This document shows positions 38,123 through 46,693 of a DNA stretch of 64,000 bases, piece by piece (within the stretch, counting starts at the first letter, position 1; every line of letters starts with the position of its first letter). The notes beneath the pieces are model-generated. The model was not told the origin of the DNA. It saw only the letters and a program-made list of their open reading frames with translations, and ran no database searches. Both the position numbers and the translations under genes were made by a program. Origin of the DNA: an uncultured Candidatus Saccharibacteria bacterium (GTDB taxonomy: Bacteria; Patescibacteriota; Minisyncoccia; Phycocordibacterales; UBA2100); assembly GCA_964648335.1 (NCBI GenBank), contig CAZYLZ010000003.1:7100-71099 (forward strand), given 5' to 3'.

Positions 38123-39853
38123 ATGGTACGTTTGCTCAAGTACGCCGGCACACTCACGCTAATCGTTTACATAACGGCACCAATCTCGACGTACGCGGCC
38201 TCGACGGGACAGGCGGTAACGCAGACGGTGGTCGCCACCGGCGTCGGTATCGGTGGCGCGATGCTCGTAAGCTCACTCATCCAATCACCGTACTCAAAAT
38301 GGCCGGTGACGCCGACGAACCCCGATTGTCTCTTCCGTTCTGTCGTTGTGACTCCGCCGGGAAACAGCGAGCCGCGCAATCCGAACCCTAACGGTAAAGA
38401 CCAATGTTTTAACTTTTGTTTCTACATCGACCCGGTCACGGGTCCACAGGCATGTGTAAATCCTAACTCGGGGGGAAGTGTCTTATCCAAATTTGGTGGA
38501 ATCGGCGGCGGTGCGGCGGCGAGTCCTCTGTCCAGTTTCGTAAACGGGCTCGCACAGGGGATAGGGAACGGGCTCGGGTCTGCGCTCATAGGTAAGCTTT
38601 TTCAGGGCGGATCGGGTAGTGGATCTTCTGGTGGGGTGGCAGGGCAAAACTGCACGCTCATGTTTACATCAAGCACTATCGCCGTCGTCCCCATTGGATG
38701 CGGCTGTCCCGACCCGGCAACGATTCCGGCCGGCGTCACCGTTTCTGGTTGCATGAGCGCAGTATCGCAACAACTTCTTGCGCAGCCGATTGCGCCTTAC
38801 GATTCTGCTACCACCACCGCGTCGATACAGATCGATCCTGGATTGGGTACGATCCCTGCGACTCAAAGTCCTGATGTGGTCACTACAGTCCGTGCCGAAG
38901 CAGAAGGGCAGGGTCCGGTAATAGGTAGCGCCACAAGGAGGACTGGTACTGCGACCTTGGCCCCGACAATGCTGCCATCTGCCGCCAAACCCGCACCATC
39001 ATTAATGGAGAAGCTCAAGCTCTCGGATGTCGCACAACAGACGTATACAATCGAAGAGCGAGATACCTCAAACCCAACACAAAGTACTCCGTCCTCTCTG
39101 GGGTCCTCGGTACCGGTTTTCGAGACCTCTCCTAAAAAAGACAGTGTTATGGGTTTTTCGGGGAGCGCTGCGACACAGCAGTCTTCGTCGGGGATCATAA
39201 ACACGACATGCTCCTCGCGCCCGTGGCAGTCGGGGCTCATGTCGCGACTCTTTGCTCCGGCTTTTTTCGATTCGCTCTGCGAGCGATATGGGTTTGTTCA
39301 ACGTCCTACCGCGCCTGCAGCAGCGTTTGACACGACGACGGCAGAGAGGAGAGTGCGGGCTCCGGCATCGGTACGCGACGACTCTCTTATAGTGACGCGG
39401 CCCGACAAAGGTATCTCGTGCATTCCCAGTGTCGTAATGGCAGAAAAACCTATTACGCTTTCGTGGTCATGTGGCGCCTCGAGCGTCGTTCAGACCAAGG
39501 GATTCACCGCGACAACCGGAGGGGCCAAGAGCATGACACCATCGTCTAATGCTACGTACGGCATCGTCTGTGCCGATGGGTTCGAGAGTTCGTGCGCGGT
39601 GCGCGTGATCCGTCCGACTGCACAGATAGCTGCTCGCCCCGCTTTGGTGCGCCTTGGTACGCGCACGACCATCTATTGGCGAGGTGTGGATATGCAGTCG
39701 TGTTCCGTTTCTGGTCCGGGGGTGCAAGCGTCTGGTCTTGAGGGTGCCATAATGACGCCACCAGTAAACGAGGTTACTACCTACTCGCTTGTCTGCGCAC
39801 GCCTCGACGGAGCGACGAGTACCGCGCATGTCTCGGTCGATATTGGAGGTTAG
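38123..39853 (+). CDS. secreted Cys-/Gly-rich protein, family member 2 (paralog of 36782..38119)
   Basis: Signal peptide MVRLLKYAGTLTLIVYITAPISTYAAS; Gly-rich LIGKLFQGGSGSGSSGG; motif CSSRPWQSGLMSRLFAPAFFDSLCERYGFVQRP; C-terminal ...SCSVSGPGVQASG...VSVDIGG matching member 1. Confidence 0.6.
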   Translation: MVRLLKYAGTLTLIVYITAPISTYAASTGQAVTQTVVATGVGIGGAMLVSSLIQSPYSKWPVTPTNPDCLFRSVVVTPPGNSEPRNPNPNGKDQCFNFCFYIDPVTGPQACVNPNSGGSVLSKFGGIGGGAAASPLSSFVNGLAQGIGNGLGSALIGKLFQGGSGSGSSGGVAGQNCTLMFTSSTIAVVPIGCGCPDPATIPAGVTVSGCMSAVSQQLLAQPIAPYDSATTTASIQIDPGLGTIPATQSPDVVTTVRAEAEGQGPVIGSATRRTGTATLAPTMLPSAAKPAPSLMEKLKLSDVAQQTYTIEERDTSNPTQSTPSSLGSSVPVFETSPKKDSVMGFSGSAATQQSSSGIINTTCSSRPWQSGLMSRLFAPAFFDSLCERYGFVQRPTAPAAAFDTTTAERRVRAPASVRDDSLIVTRPDKGISCIPSVVMAEKPITLSWSCGASSVVQTKGFTATTGGAKSMTPSSNATYGIVCADGFESSCAVRVIRPTAQIAARPALVRLGTRTTIYWRGVDMQSCSVSGPGVQASGLEGAIMTPPVNEVTTYSLVCARLDGATSTAHVSVDIGG

Positions 39854-40098
39854 GGTATAGGAAGAGCGTCCGAGCTCGTCGAGAAACAACCGATCACCAC
39901 TTGGTGCATCGTCTTTCCGCCGTCGACGACGAGGAGCTTCTTCTGCAACAGCGTGAGGCCGGCGTCGCACTCGTTCTTCATGTTGTCGAGCAGCATCTTG
40001 TCGCTAAATGCCGACCGCATCTGGAGCGCCCAAACAGTGACGAAGACTACAATGAAGGCGAGGATTATGACTATAGCTGTGGTCTCTCCTCGGGGCAT
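39850..40098 (-). CDS. small membrane hypothetical protein (82 aa)
   Basis: One TM helix (AIVIILAFIVVFVTVWAL); ORF only, low support. Confidence 0.3.
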   Translation of the reverse strand: MPRGETTAIVIILAFIVVFVTVWALQMRSAFSDKMLLDNMKNECDAGLTLLQKKLLVVDGGKTMHQVVIGCFSTSSDALPIP

Positions 40099-40261
40099 GT
40101 GGGTATGGTACCAAATTTACTACTAACGGATAGTATGGTTTTTTTTCGAAAATGAGGTGTCGCCTCGGGCTGCGAAGAAAATGGTCGTCACCCGTCGTTT
40201 CTTACTAAAAACGCGGTCGACCCCGCCTCGCAGCCAAGCTGCTCCTGCTCGGACCCATGTG

Positions 40262-40289
40262 AAAAAACAGTGCTCTAGCACTGTTTTTT
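40262..40289. terminator. bidirectional rho-independent terminator hairpin
   Basis: AAAAAA-CAGTGCT-ct-AGCACTG-TTTTTT perfect inverted repeat flanked by A- and T-runs, directly 3' of the minus-strand tRNA-Lys. Confidence 0.7.
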
Positions 40290-40297
40290 CTACTGGG

Positions 40298-40370
40298 TCC
40301 GCCCACCTGGACTCGAACCAGGGACCAACTCCTTAAAAGGGAGCTGCTCTACCAACTGAGCTATAGGCGG
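40298..40370 (-). tRNA. tRNA-Lys (anticodon UUU)
   Basis: Manual fold of the reverse complement: acceptor CCGCCTA/TGGGCGG, D arm GCTC-AGTTGGTA-GAGC, anticodon stem GCTCC/GGAGT with loop CTTTTAA, T arm CCTGG-TTCGAGT-CCAGG. Exact 5' end uncertain by 1 nt. Confidence 0.65.
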
Positions 40371-40431
40371 ATAGCTAATCGGCCGAACTATACCACTCAT
40401 CATGCGAATGCGCGAGGGGCGTGCCGGTCCT

Positions 40432-40800
40432 TTAGAAGGGAAAATCGATCCCAAAGGGCCCGGGGCCCGTGATGATAAGCGACACGGCCATTATTAGTGC
40501 CAGAGCGATGGTGCTCGACGGGTAGGAGGAAATGCGGGGGCGAGCCAGCCAGGCACAAAGAATGGCGGCAGCCACGAGTGCCGACGCCTGGGTGTAAACA
40601 CCGAGCACAACCGCAATAGCGACGAGTATTTCGAGAAGTGCCAAAATACGGTAGAGGGGTGTGCGAGCGGCCGAGATGCGCGACCATCCTGCGCTGCCGA
40701 TGATAAAGCCTATCGCCATGCGCATCATGAGGGCCGAGAAGGGTGCGAGAAAGAGTATCTGCGGGAAAAGGCTCGGTATTAGATTAAACATCGCAAGCAT
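40432..40800 (-). CDS. DoxX-family small membrane protein
   Basis: Four hydrophobic helices in 122 aa with a DoxX-like layout (MAIGFIIGSAGWSRI...LALLEILVAIAVVLG). Confidence 0.55.
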   Translation of the reverse strand: MLAMFNLIPSLFPQILFLAPFSALMMRMAIGFIIGSAGWSRISAARTPLYRILALLEILVAIAVVLGVYTQASALVAAAILCAWLARPRISSYPSSTIALALIMAVSLIITGPGPFGIDFPF

Positions 40801-40806
40801 TGTAGC

Positions 40807-41289
40807 ATGGCGAACATGGCTCGAATCGCGGCAGTTTTACATAATGTACGGAGCGCCCACAACGTGGGGTCGGTGTTTAGGACCGCCGATGGCGCTGGAG
40901 TCTCTCTGGTGGTGCTTTCGGGGTACACGCCGCGCCCTATTGATCGTTTTGGTCGTCCGCAGAAAGAGATAGCTAAGACAGCACTTGGAGCAGAAAAGAG
41001 CGTTCCATGGAAAGGGTACGCAACTATCAAGGCTGCTGTTGCTGCCCTTGAGGTCGAGGGATGGATCGTGGCGGCAGTTGAGCTCGATCTACGTGCACAA
41101 AAGTACACTGATGTCTTACCGGTGACTGACGACACCGCGTTTGTGTTTGGGAACGAGGTACGCGGACTCTCGGCAGATGCAAAGGCACTCTGTGCACGGC
41201 TTATCGAGATCCCAATGAAGGGTAGCAAAGAGTCCCTTAACGTTTCTGTGACCGCGGGTATTATTTTATTTGCTGCGCTGAACGAGTGA
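40807..41289 (+). CDS. SpoU/TrmH-family RNA 2'-O-methyltransferase
   Basis: SPOUT motifs: VLHNVRSAHNVGSVFRTADGAG, FVFGNEVRGLS, IPMKGSKESLNVSVTAGIILF. Confidence 0.75.
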   Translation: MANMARIAAVLHNVRSAHNVGSVFRTADGAGVSLVVLSGYTPRPIDRFGRPQKEIAKTALGAEKSVPWKGYATIKAAVAALEVEGWIVAAVELDLRAQKYTDVLPVTDDTAFVFGNEVRGLSADAKALCARLIEIPMKGSKESLNVSVTAGIILFAALNE

Positions 41290-41301
41290 TATCATGTTCG
41301 C

Positions 41302-42816
41302 ATGTATCGGTATGCAATCGGTCTCTCTGTTGGTGTTGTAACCGGGTTCAGTGTCTTTACCGTTCCATTTTTTGTACATGCAGCATCCGAAGAGGTCTGT
41401 ATCGAGGTGCGCAAGACTGGAGTAGAGTGTGACGCGTCGACTCCCGAGTCGACAATCGATAAGAGACTCCTCGGTGTCACGGGCGGCATTACTCCTACCC
41501 AAGCAGAAAACGCACTCGCTGCCTTTTTGTGCCCTGGATTCAAGCTCGGCTATGATCAATCTATCGATCCTGCGCAATTGAAAGAAAGCAGGGTCTACTT
41601 TACAGCAGGAACAGCGACGATGGACCCGAGTTTTGCAAAATGCACGGCTCAGTTTTTTACTGAGGCTAACGCCGCAGGGATCTACGGTCGCGTTTGTATC
41701 GCTGCAGCACTCAGATCTGTCGACCATCAAAGGGCATCGTGTCTCGATCGGTCAAATTCGCAGGCATGCGGCCGCAAGAATAATTGCACCTCGTTTGCTG
41801 GTTGTCCGCATGTGAACGGTATAGCCATCGACTTGCGCCAGAACGGAGGAGTTCCGACACCGAAGTTGATTGCATTTGCAGCATCCAAAGGACTCAAGCT
41901 TGGTTTCGTGCCTAATGACTCGTGGCATATGGAGCCAAACGGCGCCGGCTGTGCTCAATCTGGATTTACAAATCCGACCGTTGCAGGACTGAGCTCGGCC
42001 TCGGGAGGGATGGACCCACTCGGAGGAGGTGTACTTTCGGGAGGGGGTACTGGGGGACTGTTCGGAACCGGATCGAGTTTCTTGAGCGGAATAGCGCGCG
42101 GGGTCGGGACGGCTGTCGGTATGCAGATAGTGCAAAGCCTTTTCCAGCCAAATTCCAATGTCGGTCTTTCACAAGGCGTGGCAGTCTCATCTCCCTTGCC
42201 CACTCCGGTGCAGAGTCAACAGTCGACATACCTCGACGGTACGTACCCGATCTTTGGGCAAAGCAAGCTCAGCAGCGACCTTGCAGCGCTCTTGCGGAGT
42301 GTCACCACATCACCGACGACGGTCATCGTAAGTGGTGCCGTCGTCCCAGCACCAAAGCCTACAGAAAAGACGATCGCACTCTCAGGCATCACCGAAGGGG
42401 GAGTTCGCGTGGTACCGACCGTGCCACGTCCGCAGGATGTTGTGGTGCAGCCGATCATGGCAACCGGCATGCAATCATTCGACACAACAGACCCTCGACA
42501 CTCATCCAATCTTGGTATCTCAATCGAGTCATCCTCGACGGCGACTTCGGCGCCGCAGGCAATTGTCACGACACGAGAGGTCGAGGACCAGCGACTGGCG
42601 TACGCCACTATCGATCAGGTTGCCGAGCGGCAGCGCAATCTCGGAAGCGGCGCGTTTTATGGCGACGCGACCGATGACGGTAGGAGCAAAACATTCTTGG
42701 GGCGCCTGTGTGTTACGAGGCCGTGGGCCACAGGATTGTTCTCATCGATACTGAATCCGCAGCCGTTCGACAACTACTGCATCATGCACGGATACGTAAA
42801 TGAGTCGGTCGAGTAG
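41302..42816 (+). CDS. secreted protein with M15 (VanY/D-Ala-D-Ala carboxypeptidase-like) zinc peptidase motifs and the family C-terminal motif
   Basis: Signal peptide; CPHVNGIAIDL (H-x-x-G-x-A-x-D) and DSWHMEP (x-W-H-x-E) match M15 zinc ligand blocks; Gly-rich stretch; C-terminal CVTRPWATGLFSSILNPQPFDNYCIMHGYV shared with 36782 and 38123 proteins. Confidence 0.6.
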   Translation: MYRYAIGLSVGVVTGFSVFTVPFFVHAASEEVCIEVRKTGVECDASTPESTIDKRLLGVTGGITPTQAENALAAFLCPGFKLGYDQSIDPAQLKESRVYFTAGTATMDPSFAKCTAQFFTEANAAGIYGRVCIAAALRSVDHQRASCLDRSNSQACGRKNNCTSFAGCPHVNGIAIDLRQNGGVPTPKLIAFAASKGLKLGFVPNDSWHMEPNGAGCAQSGFTNPTVAGLSSASGGMDPLGGGVLSGGGTGGLFGTGSSFLSGIARGVGTAVGMQIVQSLFQPNSNVGLSQGVAVSSPLPTPVQSQQSTYLDGTYPIFGQSKLSSDLAALLRSVTTSPTTVIVSGAVVPAPKPTEKTIALSGITEGGVRVVPTVPRPQDVVVQPIMATGMQSFDTTDPRHSSNLGISIESSSTATSAPQAIVTTREVEDQRLAYATIDQVAERQRNLGSGAFYGDATDDGRSKTFLGRLCVTRPWATGLFSSILNPQPFDNYCIMHGYVNESVE

Positions 42817-42838
42817 ATCGACGCATGGGCGAGGCTTG

Positions 42839-43885
42839 TCAGTACGACCAGACACTTACCGTCCTTCCTTGTGCATCGAGAAGCCGTAGTACATCGTGTC
42901 GATCTTGCCAGAGTCCACGCTCGGATCCCAAGTACAGCCGCCATGTGCCGTCGGTAAAATCGGCGCGCCAGCGATGTTGCTCAACGCATCCATTGTACGA
43001 GATAGCTTGCCGCACAAAAGACGCGCAGGCGGGCGATACAGAGGTAGGGAGTTCGCCGATGAAATACGTGCAGCTCGGCATCGACGCAAGCAATTCGAAG
43101 CATGATTCGCCGTACCGTGCGAGGTTGTCGGGGGTGGGAACGAGTTCGGTATCCGGCGCAGGACACGAGCGAGAAAGGTCGGGAGCGAACTCTTGGAACT
43201 GCGTCAGGTATCCGCTACAGACGTTCTCGCGAAAGCTCGTCCCGACCGGCGAGGTGCCGCTCGTTACGTATATCGATTCGCCCGGGCCGAGTATCACATC
43301 AGAGAGGGGAGCGACCTCGCCGACTCTAAGGGCTACCGAGCCTCTTGGTAGATATGCACGCACTCCGGTGATCGCACTCTGAAGCGACCATCCCGACAAA
43401 GATACGTTCTTTGAATTGCCGTATGGTGACGTAAGCTGCAAATATTCTTGATGCGGATCAGACTCGCGCGGGGCACTAGCATTTGATATGGAAATTGCTC
43501 CCTTAAAGGGGGATATCTCGCCAAAAGTTTTGGCCTCGTTCACTTTTTTTGCAAGGTCTGCGTACTCTTGGTCGAGATCCGAATACCGGTCCTCGATACC
43601 GTACAGAGTATCGGCCTCTGACGAACCTGCAGAAATTGAAGACCCTGTGCCGCCGAGAGCGGCCTCATCGAGCGATGAGGGGAGCGGGATACCGGGCATC
43701 TTCGGTGGCGGGAAGTACAAAAAAGATGTGCCGGTCGCTATCTGGCCTCCAAGTAAAACGCCAAACGGATTTGCAAACTGGCCCGACTTGCTGAGTATCT
43801 GCTTACCTGCGCCGCCGGCGATCCATGCGACCACCAGTACGATCACGATCACAAAAAAAAGAATCAAGAGGACACGCTGTAGCAT
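42839..43885 (-). CDS. N-terminally membrane-anchored hypothetical protein (possible lamin-tail-like C-terminal domain)
   Basis: TM helix LLILFFVIVIVLVVAWIA; C-terminal ...WRLYLGSERGLWQDRHDVLRLLDAQGRTVSVWSY loosely LTD-like; weak. Confidence 0.45.
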   Translation of the reverse strand: MLQRVLLILFFVIVIVLVVAWIAGGAGKQILSKSGQFANPFGVLLGGQIATGTSFLYFPPPKMPGIPLPSSLDEAALGGTGSSISAGSSEADTLYGIEDRYSDLDQEYADLAKKVNEAKTFGEISPFKGAISISNASAPRESDPHQEYLQLTSPYGNSKNVSLSGWSLQSAITGVRAYLPRGSVALRVGEVAPLSDVILGPGESIYVTSGTSPVGTSFRENVCSGYLTQFQEFAPDLSRSCPAPDTELVPTPDNLARYGESCFELLASMPSCTYFIGELPTSVSPACASFVRQAISYNGCVEQHRWRADFTDGTWRLYLGSERGLWQDRHDVLRLLDAQGRTVSVWSY

Positions 43886-43909
43886 GTTCTCGACAGTATA
43901 CCATCGTGC

Positions 43910-45211
43910 TTACGCCAGCGCTGGCGATGGTTCGGTCGCCGCTCCTGGATTCTTATCGAAAAGTTTGCGCGCGATTTCTTCACGTAAGACATCGGCGTCG
44001 CTCCAGGGTATCTTTGTTCCTCCAGGGCCCATCATGGTGGTCTCGCTGCCTTTTCCACTTACAAGCACTGCTGTTCCAGGTTCAGCAAGCTCCAAGGCTC
44101 GTCTGATCGCGAGCCGTCGGTCGATGATGATCTCGGGGCGGGTGTGCTTTATCCCGAGTGCAATTGAGGCCGTTATTGCAAACGGATCTTCGTCGTACGG
44201 ATCTTCGTTGGTGAGGATGATGTGATCGCACAGTTCGTCGGCGATCTTTCCCATCTCGGGTCGTTTCCAGACGTCGCGGCCGCCGCCAGCGGCGCCCAAG
44301 ACACACACCTTCTTGCGCCCTTTGTACGAGGTGTAGAGCGCTCGCAGAGAGTCTGGCGTATGTGCGTAGTCGACGACTGCAAGAAATGGCTGCGACTTAT
44401 CGATCTGTATCTCTTCGGTTCGACCCGGTATGACGCGGAGCTTCGCGATGCCGGCGGCAATAATGGACGGCTCGATGCCGAAGGCGCGTGCCATCGTTGC
44501 TGCCGCGAGCGCGTTCATCATATTGTGTTCACCTGCGACATGCACGTGCATCGTGGTGTTCTCGAGCACGAACGTGCTGCCACGCTCATCGCTCGCATAC
44601 GGACGCACCTCTTCTTTGGTATAGGGGAGAGCGAGGTCGACGGGGAGGGTAAGGAAGCGAACACTCTCCTTATCTTCGGTATTAGCTGCCAGGATGCGCG
44701 GTCGCTTTTTCGAACGTACCAGGGCGTGTCCTATCGAGAGTTTCGCTTGTACATATGCGTCGTACGATCCGTGCGATTCGATATGCTCGGGCGAGAGGTT
44801 CGTGAATATGAGCCCGTTGAGCTGAATGAATCGATGACGGTGCTGCAGAGTGCCTTCGGACGTCATCTCGATGAACGCGATGTTGCATTTTGCCTTGACC
44901 GCGTCGGCCAAGAACTGTTGCATGAAGAATCGTCCCGGCATGCTCATCTTGCGCCGGTTCTGCTCGCTTTTGCCAGCGACCTTGAAACGGATGGTGCTCG
45001 TGCTTGCAGTCGTGTAGCCCGCCGTCTCGAAGATGACGTTCAAGAACTCGATGGTACTCGACTTGCCTTTGGTCCCGGTGACGCCAATAACGAGAATACG
45101 CTGGGAGGGAAAGTTGTTTATGAGTGCTCCTAAGAAGGCGTTCCCAAAGTGGTATGCCGAAAGCACGGGTCTCGGTATCAGCTGCCGAACCATTGATTTG
45201 AGTGCATGCAT
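43910..45211 (-). CDS. Mur ligase family protein (MurE/MurF-like)
   Basis: ATP-binding P-loop VIGVTGTKGKSST; Mur ligase middle-domain length; exact paralog (MurE, MurF or MurT) not resolvable by eye. Confidence 0.65.
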   Translation of the reverse strand: MHALKSMVRQLIPRPVLSAYHFGNAFLGALINNFPSQRILVIGVTGTKGKSSTIEFLNVIFETAGYTTASTSTIRFKVAGKSEQNRRKMSMPGRFFMQQFLADAVKAKCNIAFIEMTSEGTLQHRHRFIQLNGLIFTNLSPEHIESHGSYDAYVQAKLSIGHALVRSKKRPRILAANTEDKESVRFLTLPVDLALPYTKEEVRPYASDERGSTFVLENTTMHVHVAGEHNMMNALAAATMARAFGIEPSIIAAGIAKLRVIPGRTEEIQIDKSQPFLAVVDYAHTPDSLRALYTSYKGRKKVCVLGAAGGGRDVWKRPEMGKIADELCDHIILTNEDPYDEDPFAITASIALGIKHTRPEIIIDRRLAIRRALELAEPGTAVLVSGKGSETTMMGPGGTKIPWSDADVLREEIARKLFDKNPGAATEPSPALA

Positions 45212-45218
45212 ATCGCTG

Positions 45219-45794
45219 TTATCGTGATCCGCCGAGAATTTTCAACGCTTCGCGCAGTCGTGTGCTGCTTCCTTGGTGTTCGCGAGGGACGAGCTTGAGG
45301 GCGTCGCGAGCCTCGGAGCGTGAATAACCTAGGGCTTCGAGTGCCTCGACAGCGTCGGTGTCGCCGGTGTGTATTGCCTTTTCGCCTTCGATCGCGAGGC
45401 CGACCTTGTCGCGAAGCTCGATGATGATCTTTTCGGCGGTCTTTTTTCCAATACCGGACATCTTAGTAAGGTACGCGAGATTACCTTCGGCGATCGCACT
45501 TTTAAGAGAGCTCGGTGTTGCGACCGAAAGAATGCCGAGTGCCGATTTAGGTCCTATCCCGGTAACGGTAAGGAGTAGCTCGAAGAGGGAGAGCTCGGTC
45601 CGGGTCGCGAATCCGTAGAGATCGAGTGCCGTTTCGCGCACCGCCATGTGTGTCCAAAGCGATGTCCGCGTACCTACCGAAAGCCCACCTAACGTATCGA
45701 CGGCGCCAAAGACCTTGTACCCGACCCCGCCTGTGCTCACGATCGCATGGGTATCGCCTATATAGAGAACGGTACCCTCAAGATGACCTATCAT
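45219..45794 (-). CDS. ruvA: Holliday junction DNA helicase subunit RuvA
   Basis: MIGHLEGTV...GVGYKV (OB domain), tandem helix-hairpin-helix LLTVTGIGPKSALGIL / LTKMSGIGKKTAEKII, C-terminal domain III. The long upstream extension in the track is not RuvA-like and overlaps rpsT antisense. Confidence 0.8.
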   Translation of the reverse strand: MIGHLEGTVLYIGDTHAIVSTGGVGYKVFGAVDTLGGLSVGTRTSLWTHMAVRETALDLYGFATRTELSLFELLLTVTGIGPKSALGILSVATPSSLKSAIAEGNLAYLTKMSGIGKKTAEKIIIELRDKVGLAIEGEKAIHTGDTDAVEALEALGYSRSEARDALKLVPREHQGSSTRLREALKILGGSR

Positions 45795-45893
45795 GCTGCA
45801 ATCATACAATAGAGAGGGCAGAAGTTCATGGGTGTGGGGGCAATAACACAGATTAGTTGCTTTTTTGGGGTTTTTAGGTACTATAGCCCCCAT

Positions 45894-46160
45894 ATGGCTA
45901 TCACATCGTCTGCAAAGAAGGCACAGCGCGCATCTCTTAAGAAGCGCGTCTTCAACGTGCGCCGCAAAGACACCATGCGCGACGCCTTCAAGGACTTCTC
46001 TAAGCTTGTCGCAGCCAAGAAGGTTAAGGAGGCAGGTGCTATGGTCTCGACGGTCTACCAAGCGGTAGACAAGGCTGCAAAGCGCGGAATCATCAAGGCA
46101 AACGCCGCATCGCGCCGGAAAGCTCGCGTTGCACGCATGCTCGCTGGAATCTCGAAATAA
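45894..46160 (+). CDS. rpsT: 30S ribosomal protein S20
   Basis: MAITSSAKKAQRASLKKRVFNVRRK... classic S20 N-terminus; 88 aa from the internal Met. Confidence 0.85.
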   Translation: MAITSSAKKAQRASLKKRVFNVRRKDTMRDAFKDFSKLVAAKKVKEAGAMVSTVYQAVDKAAKRGIIKANAASRRKARVARMLAGISK

Positions 46161-46269
46161 CGGCTCAAAACAATCACAAAACCGCGCTTTCTGGCGCGGT
46201 TTTGTGTCGGGGTATCGGTTTTTTGGCTTCGGTCGTTTGTTATTGTAGACGCCTCTGCTTGCCGCCATT

Positions 46270-46515
46270 AGGGTGGCCGCGGCTCGCGCCGTCGCGCTGC
46301 GCCCTGCGACCATCAGGGTCGCGAGCACATTTTTGTGGCCACCGTAATTTGCTACTGCAAATTCGGCCGGCCCCGGCTCGGCACGCCTGCCTCCGCCGAG
46401 CACAAATCTGCGCTCACTCGATTTGTGTGGCTACCCATAATTTTCTGGTGAAAATTTGGTCAGCCCCGCCTCGGCAGGCCTTTGGCTAGCACAAACTCCA
46501 TGTATTCGTTTGTGC
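46270..46515. repeat. three tandem degenerate two-hairpin repeat units (about 70-90 nt), last one abutting the tRNA-Arg 3' end
   Basis: Each unit: inverted repeat GCTCGNG...CNCGAGC then AGCACAAA-loop-TTTGTG hairpin (CACAAATctgcgctcactcgATTTGTG; CACAAACtccatgtattcGTTTGTG); spacers carry perfect small palindromes AATTTGCtactGCAAATT and AATTTTCtggtGAAAATT. Confidence 0.5.
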
Positions 46516-46584
46516 TCCCGCTAGGAATCGAACCTAGATCACAAGCTCCGCAAGCTTGCATTCTATCCATTGAACTACGGGAGC
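46513..46584 (-). tRNA. tRNA-Arg (anticodon GCG)
   Basis: Reverse complement folds as acceptor GCTCCCG/CGGGAGC, D arm GTTC-AATGGAT-GAAT, anticodon stem CAAGC/GCTTG with loop TTGCGGA (G37), T arm CTAGG-TTCGATT-CCTAG, discriminator A. Confidence 0.65.
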
Positions 46585-46693
46585 GTCGGTCGTACTGTAG
46601 CATGTTTTTCGAGAATATCTATCTTTCTGGGACAGGCTGGTGCAATCCACTGTGCAAAGCGTTGGAAAAGGTGGGGGAGTGCCGCATGATATG

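Noticed and set aside
45795-46403. N-terminal 200-aa extension of the ruvA ORF (track ORF 45219..46403)
   Set aside because: RuvA homology begins only at MIGHLEG (start about 45794). The extension runs antisense through rpsT and has no protein-like features.
46270-46515. Possible CRISPR array at the tandem repeats
   Set aside because: Units are degenerate (about 70-80% identity), of unequal length, and lack unique spacers of uniform size. No cas genes are nearby.
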